DNA of 60,872 bases, counting the filler. It is 3 parts of 3 records of this genome, joined end to end, with 100 filler letters (N's around TTAATTAATTAA, not from the genome) between each part and the next. Parts side by side here need not be neighbours in the genome. Positions count along the whole stretch, not along the records: positions 21,852 to 52,819 come from SRR31156797_2989; positions 52,920 to 60,872 come from SRR31156797_3047; 1 more part is not named here. One strand, written 5' to 3'. The notes under the pieces were generated by a model, which had not been told where the DNA came from, searched no databases, and was given only the letters and a program-made list of their open reading frames with translations. Of the stretch, positions 48,701 through 56,225 are shown piece after piece (the stretch's first letter is position 1; every line of letters begins with the position of its first letter). The translations under genes and the position numbers were made by a program.

Positions 48701-51700
48701 AGTCGCATTCTATTCCACAGTTTTTGACGATGGCCTGCAAAAAGGTCGCTGAACCGGCCTTCGGCCAGTGCACTTGCATGTTTGAATAAATCGGCGGCAG
48801 AAATGTCCTCAACAATCATCAAGTTCATGACACTTTGAGCTGCCATATCGCGCAGATAAGTGCTGTGGTGATCATAATCGAAGTCGTATGAATACACGGA
48901 AATTTCGCCAAGCTTTTTCAGTTGTTCTTCCTCTATTTGTTGGTTTTTCCTAGCAAGCGAGAGAATATCGAGACGAGCTGAATAGACAGGAAATATTGCT
49001 CGGATTTGTCTATCGAGCCGCTCAACTTCCGGTCTGTTTGCCTGAGGAATGCCTGGTCGTTTCTTTTGTCCTTTGCCTTCGCGCCTCTTTTCTTGCTTAG
49101 GCTCTGGATTGAGCGCTTTCACATAAGCGATAAAATTTTCGTAGTTAACAGCTCTCTTGGTGATTATCTCTCTCAGAAGCCAGCACCGGATGAGGCCGTC
49201 AAAACGATACACATCCGAACCATATAAGCGTCGTGCCTGTTTGCCTTCAAGGACCTCCAAAATTGTTTTTACAGCACCAAGAATAATCTGGCTATTAAGA
49301 TTAAGTTGGAAAGAAAGCTCACACGCCGAGATGTAAGTATCAAGCAGCTTCTCTCGCCACCCATCTCCATTACGTGCGATAGGGAAGGCGTCAGCCTCGG
49401 GGATAAATCGACGTTTGATGCGCTGCAAAGACTTTTCGATCTCAATCCCATCTACCGCCTCCCCGGCCATCGCCATAGGCACCCACAAAAGTAAATCAAA
49501 TGGTTTGGGAGGCGGGCACTCCTTCAGAATTGCTTCGATGTGGTAGGCTTTGTCCGCTGCTATCAATTCAGTCACGAGAATGTTGGCAGCGCGGATACAA
49601 GCCTCACGCGGTTTCCACCTAAAGAGTTCATCGAAAGCAGCTTTCGGCCCATCAAGTTCCAAAACTGTCTCGACAAGCGCTGAAATATCGCGATCCGTTA
49701 CGGACCAATGTACGAGTTCTTTATCTTCTATGGCCCGACGGCCTCTGAGCCAGGCTTCGTAGAAATAAAGCTGCTCTCTCGCGGTTGCACGATCACCTGA
49801 ACGGATTGCCCGAATCGCATCCTGAGCCAAAAACGATCCGTGTTTTTGAACGCGATCAGGCACCAGAAGAATTGTTCGTCGCAACGACGCGCCGCCGAAC
49901 TCCACGGCCAGATCCAGTTCGCTTTCGAGCGTTTCATCCAGCATGTTGTCATCTCGCTCGGCTTCGGCGCTGATCAAAACAGTTTTTAGCGCATCTATGG
50001 TTGAGCCAAGTTTTCCGCACAAAGCCAGCGATAGTTTGAGCCGCCTAATCTGGGTTTGGCGGCGTACAATGAGGTCCCCTATAGCAGATGCATGCGGATC
50101 TCGTTCTATGACGGAAAGGAGTTCTTGTGGCCGGCCGGCTAAAATAAGGAAATCTGCAATATGGAGTGAGCTGTAGGGATCGTTTTGGAAGTTTGATATG
50201 AAGTCTTCAGCTATATCAGCGATTACCACGTCACGATTGAGGCGGCATTCATTCTTAATAAAAGTCACGAAATCCTCATCTGCAATGGCAATTGCATTCG
50301 CACTAAGCCTAAGACCGGGAGTAAGATCGAGGGCAAAGTCTCGAACGGTTTCATCTGTGCAACCCACTATACGCGCTAGTGAAGGTACTGCAACTGGCGC
50401 CGGGAGAAAAGCAAGGCAGCAAACAAGCCTCTCAAATATCTGAGGGTAGCCCAACTTACAGAGGGCGTTTTTGAAGCTTGCTCTAAGAACATCGGGTACG
50501 CTCTTTCCTCCTGGCAACAGCGATTCTAAGAGACGGTCAGGATCACCGTTTGCAGCCGCAATCGCATAACTTTGCACACGCGGATTTGCCCTCGAAAGAC
50601 TGTGAAATTTTTCAATTAAGCTATCGTCTGGATTCCGAAAGACACTTTCCAGATGCAGCTTCGTTTCCGTTTCGGTAAAAGATTGGCAAATGACTTCAGG
50701 CGTATGCGCAGGGAGTCTAAGCGATGCTTTTCGATCTGGGTCAGTCCTACAGGAGACAAGAAAATGAACATTTTCGGGCAGGGTTGATAGATTAGCCCCA
50801 AAGAGGTCGAAAACGAAAGAACGCTCTTTAGGATCGGCCGCATGAGCGGCTGCCACCGAATTGTCGGCCGCATCAACAACGATCAGTAGTTTTCCATCGG
50901 AATTAATCTGCTTGAGGGCTTTGCCTGCTGAGTGAAGTTTTGATAGAAACGAATTAGTGGTTGCGGGATATTTAAATTTTCGTGGTATAAAGAAAGGGAT
51001 ATGTAGTGAAACGGCAAGCTCATTCGCCATTTGGAGAAATGCATTTTCGGGCAGATGTCTTTTGTCATCAGAATAGATGTAACGTCCACCACCAAAGCAG
51101 TCAAAAAAGACCGTCACCGAATTTTCTGGCAAACGATCTGCAATCTGACGGATCATTGTGGTTTTTCCGCAGCCGCCAACGCCATGTACTAAAACGAGGC
51201 GCTCACCCATTTTCAGCATCCTCACGACGTCGTCGGTGGCTGATCTCTTAACCGCATGCTTAGGGGTTTGAATGTCAGGAGGACATGGGAACAAGCCTTT
51301 CCGCCCACCAAGGCCAAACCAATGAAGGATATCCTTGTCAGTGACGATCTCCCTTGCACGCTCAGGCAACATCAATTCGCGGACCTTGATTTGAAGATCC
51401 CGAGCTTCTAACAACACATCATCACCGAGCAGATCTGCAATCGTGGCTATAACCTTTTCTCTAACGGCAAAACGAGAATCGTAACCACATTCGCTAAAAT
51501 CCAGTGCTTCGAGGAACTCCTGAAACTCCGCAACCTTAAGGCCAGAAGCAGTCCTAAGACGCTTGAGGTTTTCAACTCTCGTTTTGCTGATATTGGCTCG
51601 CTCAAAAGTTCCAGACCATCTTGTGTCAATGGCTTTTTTGAGTTCTTTCGCTATGTTTTGATTGCTGACAAGGCGGATTTTGAGATGGGCATCCCGCTTC

Positions 51701-52092
51701 ATACGCGCACTGGCACCTTTGAAATCGTTGGCCATCTTGCGTATTATAGAATTGTTCTTTTTTTTGGCTGTGCTATTGACCAGCCGTGCAACCGACCAGG
51801 CCGTTTCGGGATTGGCAGCGGAATACTTGAGCTGAACGAATTCTATTTGATCTGCGGTTTCAAGGTCCGTTCCTCCGTAGTACAGAGTGCAATCAACACC
51901 GGCCCAAGTAGGATCGTCGGCGCTCTGCGGTGGCGTTTCCGTCCTTACGCCTTCAACACCAACCGCTACGAGATCTGTTTCCGGTTGCAGAAGATCAAGT
52001 ACTTGCTGCAACGCCCACAATTCGTGGAACTGGTCGCCAGTGTTTGAACCTCGAGCGCCGCTGTAGTCAACGTGTGGCGTGTATGAAGTCAC
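45556..52092 (-). CDS. avs3a: AVAST type 3 anti-phage nuclease-STAND NTPase Avs3a (2178 aa)
   Basis: N-terminal Cap4-like nuclease (SNTGDQFHELWA, VDCTLYYG, QLKYS); STAND VHGVGGCGKT, FDCFGGG, VVDAADN, SCR, NPRVQ; long helical sensor with RWKAAH and YLEWNAM; paired with avs3b. Confidence 0.85.
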   Translation of the reverse strand: MTSYTPHVDYSGARGSNTGDQFHELWALQQVLDLLQPETDLVAVGVEGVRTETPPQSADDPTWAGVDCTLYYGGTDLETADQIEFVQLKYSAANPETAWSVARLVNSTAKKKNNSIIRKMANDFKGASARMKRDAHLKIRLVSNQNIAKELKKAIDTRWSGTFERANISKTRVENLKRLRTASGLKVAEFQEFLEALDFSECGYDSRFAVREKVIATIADLLGDDVLLEARDLQIKVRELMLPERAREIVTDKDILHWFGLGGRKGLFPCPPDIQTPKHAVKRSATDDVVRMLKMGERLVLVHGVGGCGKTTMIRQIADRLPENSVTVFFDCFGGGRYIYSDDKRHLPENAFLQMANELAVSLHIPFFIPRKFKYPATTNSFLSKLHSAGKALKQINSDGKLLIVVDAADNSVAAAHAADPKERSFVFDLFGANLSTLPENVHFLVSCRTDPDRKASLRLPAHTPEVICQSFTETETKLHLESVFRNPDDSLIEKFHSLSRANPRVQSYAIAAANGDPDRLLESLLPGGKSVPDVLRASFKNALCKLGYPQIFERLVCCLAFLPAPVAVPSLARIVGCTDETVRDFALDLTPGLRLSANAIAIADEDFVTFIKNECRLNRDVVIADIAEDFISNFQNDPYSSLHIADFLILAGRPQELLSVIERDPHASAIGDLIVRRQTQIRRLKLSLALCGKLGSTIDALKTVLISAEAERDDNMLDETLESELDLAVEFGGASLRRTILLVPDRVQKHGSFLAQDAIRAIRSGDRATAREQLYFYEAWLRGRRAIEDKELVHWSVTDRDISALVETVLELDGPKAAFDELFRWKPREACIRAANILVTELIAADKAYHIEAILKECPPPKPFDLLLWVPMAMAGEAVDGIEIEKSLQRIKRRFIPEADAFPIARNGDGWREKLLDTYISACELSFQLNLNSQIILGAVKTILEVLEGKQARRLYGSDVYRFDGLIRCWLLREIITKRAVNYENFIAYVKALNPEPKQEKRREGKGQKKRPGIPQANRPEVERLDRQIRAIFPVYSARLDILSLARKNQQIEEEQLKKLGEISVYSYDFDYDHHSTYLRDMAAQSVMNLMIVEDISAADLFKHASALAEGRFSDLFAGHRQKLWNRMRLRTTEADKLLLLVAKAAEDIKGLREPSSEKLSAMVLLSRLILPVSRDDAESLFDDALSLAKEIDREAFDQIEFLSVLSGFAHISEQIDRKSIAADIFSFVSGVSERLSGHDGFPWDSAVSALASLDAASALAAICRWADGGTIELDYTLERFLITALQKGAIDVETSTSLALLIGGSDGDLLKEILSRIMANPEKYMRVIDELAKENLLLVPQNRRLLLGQEIIDRISLRECTAGPWLSKLRETITYLKTLAGKPEKEEKATQCKMFRRVNNINPPKKFELHSEGSPFVTPQSIDQVLEAAKASGLPYDDREILIRMRRRSNRPRDRIPFLNALSEASEDSIWSRHRVEMIHGTVTLWKGTPAIDRWCKKKLPSVLITHFYGATPWLKEGQSALDPLLDYCGVDAEGRLQIILSGVARVGEALSSRTLFAIAEEIASALNEEEAGALLVWYLQRLTRRLPVEEQSPHFPADIPEDTSHTIARFLFALMSDIDKRIRWKAAHALRVLAKFGCSDIVEATVSLSDKVNDEAFRDPTGPFYFLAAKLWLTISLYRISLETPEALSSCKTEILDLATSSELPHVGIREYAKRALLHLDSTGIFSLTSFEVAQLDQINIALKGQTTTKRENHRMTRRREEDKHRFQFDDTDTIPYWYDKIQKIFPDVSLDQVLDIAEEWILNKWGADPEANFWNKEPRKARYDERRFGLWSHRGGVLPTVERYGTYLEWNAMHCVVGELLKTHPISIKGEGYYYSFDDWFEDVLPTDPPRWLSDNRCATPLETRFWKEDPKTDRGWLHHIRHDEFLTEIGLCTSLREGWIVIYGNHTTHFPKRDTNIQIRSALVSPETAPALVRALQTASDPWDFRIPDEDDELQVNTLPYRLLGWVTLIEGGLFFDEMDPYRYEVGKIRAKPGRKLTEALELVLQANTYHTWICRSSREAAFIYEAWCDEPPFEEGRYQRGICSNGWRLWAKADIVQSFLINEGLDLICEVQVERKLRDEYVRSYEANAKRKTHDKILHLGADGSVFDVKGLVGSWAGFGRGVGPRSGRRHT

Positions 52093-52722
52093 TTTTATTC
52101 CCTGCTATTTAAATCTAACTGAGCGTAGGTCGTGATTTTCCTGCGATATCTTGGACGATAAGGGACAAAACCGAGGAATTAGTTCCAACTATCAAATATC
52201 CGAAATACCAAAAGCCCTTCTCAATACCCCCCCAATTTCGAAACACATATACCTGTGTACGCCTTTCTCCCCGTATTACAAATACACAGGGCCAATCTAA
52301 CGCTTACTTTATCTTCTACCACCAAATTCTAGCCATTGTATCACAAAAGAATTCCTGCTGCAATCGAGACAAAAAAGTTTAAGAAAGGTTTGCCCACCAA
52401 TTCGGAAATATTTTGAGAAGGGTCAGGTTGACATATTTTAAGGCACGTTGACTTTCCAGGATTGTCTTAAACGCCATGCATTTGAAATTTTACTAATATA
52501 AATAGTCAACCGCAAAATATAGGGGTCGTTTCTCAGGAATGTAAGCCTCATTAATTTCTTGCGCCATCGAATTTCTGCAATTTGAAAGTCAAGAATAATT
52601 ATCCGAAACTTGAGTATTCACGAGATAAAATTCTAAAGGATACTGGTCCAATCCTTGCTTTAAGAAAGGCTCTTTGAAATAGCCGGACCGAGGTCAATCC
52701 CCCTGCCCGGCCATAGGCTAAA

Positions 52723-52797
52723 TCACCAATACAGATGGTCGATCCACCGCATCGCCTCAACATCGCTGATTTTCCCGAAATACCTTTGAGTGGTGAG
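52723..52797 (-). pseudogene. C-terminal remnant of a tyrosine recombinase/integrase
   Basis: Minus strand *LTTQRYFGKISDVEAMRWIDHLYW*: TTQRY is the catalytic-Tyr box; an in-frame TAG lies immediately upstream. Confidence 0.6.
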
Positions 52798-52819
52798 CTA
52801 GTTTTCATATTGCACCTCA

Positions 52820-52919
52820 NNNNNNNNNNNNNNNNNNNNNNNNNNNNNNNNNNNNNNNNNNNNTTAATTAATTAANNNNNNNNNNNNNNNNNNNNNNNNN
52901 NNNNNNNNNNNNNNNNNNN
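52820..52919. other. Artificial contig linker (44 N + TTAATTAATTAA + 44 N)
   Basis: Same structure as 21752-21851. Confidence 0.99.
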
Positions 52920-52943
52920 TTACGCTGCGCTAACCCAACCTAC
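52920..52943 (-). repeat. Truncated GTAG-type REP at the contig start
   Basis: Reverse complement GTAGGTTGGGTTAGCGCAGCGTAA; the hairpin is cut off by the contig end. Confidence 0.5.
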
Positions 52944-52983
52944 AAGACTCTTCCGTGCAGCGATATCCAAATAAAAAATTATC

Positions 52984-53013
52984 TTGACATAAGCGTTAAG
53001 CATGTTTACACTC
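52984..53013 (+). promoter_or_regulatory. Sigma70 promoter of marR (TTGACA-17-TACACT) overlapped by an imperfect MarR operator
   Basis: TTGACA 52984-52989, TACACT 53007-53012; operator AAGCGTTAA-N5-TTTACACTC 52991-53013. Confidence 0.7.
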
Positions 53014-53018
53014 TAATC

Positions 53019-53468
53019 ATGAATCAGATAGATGAAAAATTATATTCGATCGCAAAACTAATCCAACGGCTGGATACCGAGCCCAGGAATTACGGTACGG
53101 ACCAAAAATTAACCGGCTCCGAAATTCATCTTGTTGAACTGATTGGTGAAAATGACAACTCAAGCGTGACGGACATCGCCGGCTTATCCGGCGTTTCAAA
53201 AAGTGCGATTTCTCAAAAACTTAAACAGCTTATCAACAAGGGACTGGTCGAGAAAAAAGTGGACCCCGAAAATTTGTCGCGGTCAAATATAGTGCTTACT
53301 TCAAAAGGGAAAATCGCGTTCTACGCCCACAAACACTGGCATGAAACCATGGACGGCGGTTTTAACGAATATTACAGCAAGCTCAGCGACGAGAAACAGG
53401 CCATTATAATGGAGTTTTTAACCCGGTTTGAGGATTTGTTCCTTGGATTGTCTTCGGTGGAAGAATAA
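53019..53468 (+). CDS. MarR-family transcriptional regulator
   Basis: YGTDQKLTGSEIHLVELIG, VTDIA..GVSKSAISQ.LK.L.KGLV, LTSKGK, HKHWH. Confidence 0.9.
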   Translation: MNQIDEKLYSIAKLIQRLDTEPRNYGTDQKLTGSEIHLVELIGENDNSSVTDIAGLSGVSKSAISQKLKQLINKGLVEKKVDPENLSRSNIVLTSKGKIAFYAHKHWHETMDGGFNEYYSKLSDEKQAIIMEFLTRFEDLFLGLSSVEE

Positions 53469-53481
53469 ATTTTTTTTCTTA

Positions 53482-53504
53482 AAGTGTTAAGTATATTAAC
53501 ACTT
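53482..53504. promoter_or_regulatory. Perfect inverted repeat AAGTGTTAA-N5-TTAACACTT, probable MarR operator for the oxidoreductase
   Basis: Read directly; matches the site in the marR promoter. Confidence 0.7.
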
Positions 53505-53536
53505 ATTATTGATATGCAGAATATGGAGGAGCCGCC

Positions 53537-55918
53537 ATGAATACAAATACGGAAAATATACGGAAAATAAGAACTTATTGTGCGCAGTGTTTCAGCAACT
53601 GCCCGGTCGTAGCCCACATTGAAAATGGAAAATTCACCAAGGTGAGGCCGGACAGGGAGCACCCTTTTTTCAGGCCCCTTTGCCCCAAGGGAATGGCCGG
53701 ACCCGAACTGGTTGAAAGCAGGCAACGACTTGAATATCCCTTAAAACGAACCCGACCAAAAGGGGCCGACGATCCGGGTTGGGTCCGCATCAGTTGGGAA
53801 GAAGCATTGGACGCCGTCGCTCGCAACATGGCTGACATTAAGGCTGAACACGGCGCAGAGGCATTTGCCTTTTCCCAAACCAACGTGTCCTCCCCCTTAT
53901 GGGAGATTACCAGTTTTATCCGGCGTCTGGCCAATATCTACGGCACGCCCAATCATATGACCACAACCCACATCTGCAATTGGCACAGAGACAACGGTTC
54001 CGCCCTGACTTTTGGCAAGCCCGGCGACAGTTTTGCCGCGGGCTGGCCTGATTTCGGCAACAGCAAATGCATCATCCTCTGGGGGCACAACCCGGCGGCC
54101 ACCTTAAACGCTTTCAACCGGCGGATCAATTCCGCGCAAACCGAAAATAAAAAGCTCATCGTGATTGATCCCCGATTAACCAAGGCGGCGTCAAGAGCGG
54201 ATTTATGGCTCCAGGTAAAACCCGGGACAGACGGCGCCCTGGCATTGGGTTTTATTCACATTATGCTGAATCATGGATTGTTTGACGACGCTTTTACGCG
54301 CAACTGGACGAATGCGCCGCTATTGGTTCGAAGCGATACCGGCGATTTACTCCGCGCTTCTTCAATTGACGCTTCCGTGGAAAACGAAGACGTATTCGTC
54401 ATGGTGCATCCTGAAACAGGGAAACCGGCTTTCTATAATCCCGGCCAAAAAATCGGCTATTCACCCAAATTGGATTCTGATGTTGAAATCGTCCTGGCTG
54501 ATGGAAAGCGGGTGAACTGCCGCAGCGTTTTTGCCCTCCTTAAAGACTCCGTTGCCAGGTACACGCCTGAACATGTCGAAAAGCTGACTTCCATTCCCGG
54601 TGATCGCCTGATCGAGGCCGTTAATATGGTTGTTGATAACAGCCCTGCCTGCTGGTTTGCCTTTAACGGCGTGGAGCAGAATCTGAATGCAACCCAGACC
54701 AACCGGGCAATATGCACGTTTTACGCCCTGACCGGGGACTATGACCGGAAAGGAGGCAATCACGTGAATTCTCCGATTCCTCCGTTGGACCTGCCATTCG
54801 GTTTCGAATTCATCACCCCGGACGTGTTTACGAAAAACATTGCCTTGTCAAAGCATCCCCTTGGGCCGGCCGGAATAATAATGTCGGCTCCGCCTTACCT
54901 GATATGCAAGGCCATAAAGGAAGGCGACCCGTATCCGATTAAGGGGCTTATGGTTTTCGGCGCCAATACCGTATCTGCCAACCCTGACAGTCAGATGACG
55001 GCGGATGCTCTGAAGATGCTCGATTTTCACGTTCACATAGACCATTTTCTGAATCCTACAGCGGAATTTGCCGATATCGTCCTGCCGTCCGCCCACTTTT
55101 GGGAGACCGGACGTATCGGATACCCTTTGGCCTTTGACGGTAACAAGTGGGCGCTGCAATGGCGGGAACCCGCGGCCAGGCCTCGCGGCGAGAGCAAAGA
55201 CGAATTATGGATTATTTTTGAGCTGGCCAAAAGGCTGGGCTATGCGGATAAATTCTGGAGCGGAAGCATTGAGGCGGCTTTTGAGTCCATGCTCAAACCA
55301 TTTGATATAGACCTGCAGACGCTTAAAACATCGGATGGCGGAATAACTATTGAAGGGCCGGTTGCATATCGGAAATACAAGGAACAAGGCTTCAGCGGCA
55401 TGACAGGCAGGGTGGAAATCTTCTCCCAACTTCTTAAGGACATAGGGCAGCCGCCTATTCCCGAGTGGAGAAACCCTTATGAAATATTCCGGGAATCCGG
55501 CATCGGTAAAGCCGACTATCCGTTAATTCTGATCAGCGCCAAGCTCCGTGAATATTGCCATTCACAACATCGGGGCATTCCGTCCCTAAGAAAAAGACAC
55601 CCACACCCGTTTTTAGAGATCAACAAAGGCAAAGCCCGGGAACTTGATATCGCTGATGGCGACCCTGTTGTATTGGCGACTAATCACGGTGAAATAACAC
55701 TTCAGGCCAAACTGACAGAAGGGCTGGCGCCGGATGTAGTTTGCACCCAGCATGGTTGGTGGCAGGCCTGCCCTGAGCTTGGCCTGCCCGGTTATGATGT
55801 TTATTCTTCCGAGGGGCCGAATGTGAACCTGTTGTTCAAGGCTGATTTTGTCGATCCGGTAAGCGGTTCGAATCACATGCGGGGATACCCCTGCAAGGTA
55901 ACTAAAAAGATAAAATAA
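53537..55918 (+). CDS. Molybdo/tungsto-bis-PGD oxidoreductase (DMSO reductase family, acetylene-hydratase-related), cytoplasmic
   Basis: CAQCFSNC...LCPKG 4Fe-4S; RLEYPLKR; ISWEEALD; probable Cys ligand in HICNWH; IDPR; PGTDGALAL; ADIVLP; HSQHR; no Tat signal. Confidence 0.88.
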   Translation: MNTNTENIRKIRTYCAQCFSNCPVVAHIENGKFTKVRPDREHPFFRPLCPKGMAGPELVESRQRLEYPLKRTRPKGADDPGWVRISWEEALDAVARNMADIKAEHGAEAFAFSQTNVSSPLWEITSFIRRLANIYGTPNHMTTTHICNWHRDNGSALTFGKPGDSFAAGWPDFGNSKCIILWGHNPAATLNAFNRRINSAQTENKKLIVIDPRLTKAASRADLWLQVKPGTDGALALGFIHIMLNHGLFDDAFTRNWTNAPLLVRSDTGDLLRASSIDASVENEDVFVMVHPETGKPAFYNPGQKIGYSPKLDSDVEIVLADGKRVNCRSVFALLKDSVARYTPEHVEKLTSIPGDRLIEAVNMVVDNSPACWFAFNGVEQNLNATQTNRAICTFYALTGDYDRKGGNHVNSPIPPLDLPFGFEFITPDVFTKNIALSKHPLGPAGIIMSAPPYLICKAIKEGDPYPIKGLMVFGANTVSANPDSQMTADALKMLDFHVHIDHFLNPTAEFADIVLPSAHFWETGRIGYPLAFDGNKWALQWREPAARPRGESKDELWIIFELAKRLGYADKFWSGSIEAAFESMLKPFDIDLQTLKTSDGGITIEGPVAYRKYKEQGFSGMTGRVEIFSQLLKDIGQPPIPEWRNPYEIFRESGIGKADYPLILISAKLREYCHSQHRGIPSLRKRHPHPFLEINKGKARELDIADGDPVVLATNHGEITLQAKLTEGLAPDVVCTQHGWWQACPELGLPGYDVYSSEGPNVNLLFKADFVDPVSGSNHMRGYPCKVTKKIK

Positions 55919-55929
55919 AGGAAAATATT

Positions 55930-56094
55930 ATGGGAAAAAAAGAAAAAAAGATGTGCGACTGGAGAAAGAAGGATATCCGAAATAATCTCGACGAACTGAT
56001 TGAAGTTGTTCGAGAACCGAGGTTTATTTGTTCAAAGTGCGGCCGGGTTGCATGCAATGACAAAGTGTTGTGCAACTCTGTTGAAATCAAGTGA
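55930..56094 (+). CDS. Small (54 aa) Cys-rich protein, probable metal-binding
   Basis: Translated by hand: MGKKEKKMCDWRKKDIRNNLDELIEVVREPRFICSKCGRVACNDKVLCNSVEIK; AAGG RBS; starts 11 nt after the oxidoreductase stop; below the ORF-track cutoff. Confidence 0.7.
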   Translation: MGKKEKKMCDWRKKDIRNNLDELIEVVREPRFICSKCGRVACNDKVLCNSVEIK

Positions 56095-56127
56095 TTATAT
56101 AAATAATCAGGAACCCTCTCTGGAATA

Positions 56128-56185
56128 CGGGCGGACCCCCGTGTCCGCCCGCGTCCCTTGTAGGGGCGCCCCCCTGTGGGCGCCC
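56128..56185. repeat. Two tandem REP-like hairpins (second is GTAG-type) between convergent genes
   Basis: GGGCGGACCCCCGTGTCCGCCC and GTAGGGGCGCCCCCCTGTGGGCGCCC. Confidence 0.65.
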
Positions 56186-56225
56186 GCATTTATAGCAATC
56201 AATATAAATAGTGCTTCTTCATGAA

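Noticed and set aside
52426-52511. Three GTTGAC/GTCAAC boxes upstream of avs3a as att or arm sites
   Set aside because: Too short to distinguish from -35 elements or chance, and no matching copy was found at the other island end.
52599-52808. 69-aa ORF from the track
   Set aside because: No motif. The meaningful signal is the integrase tail in another frame on the same strand.
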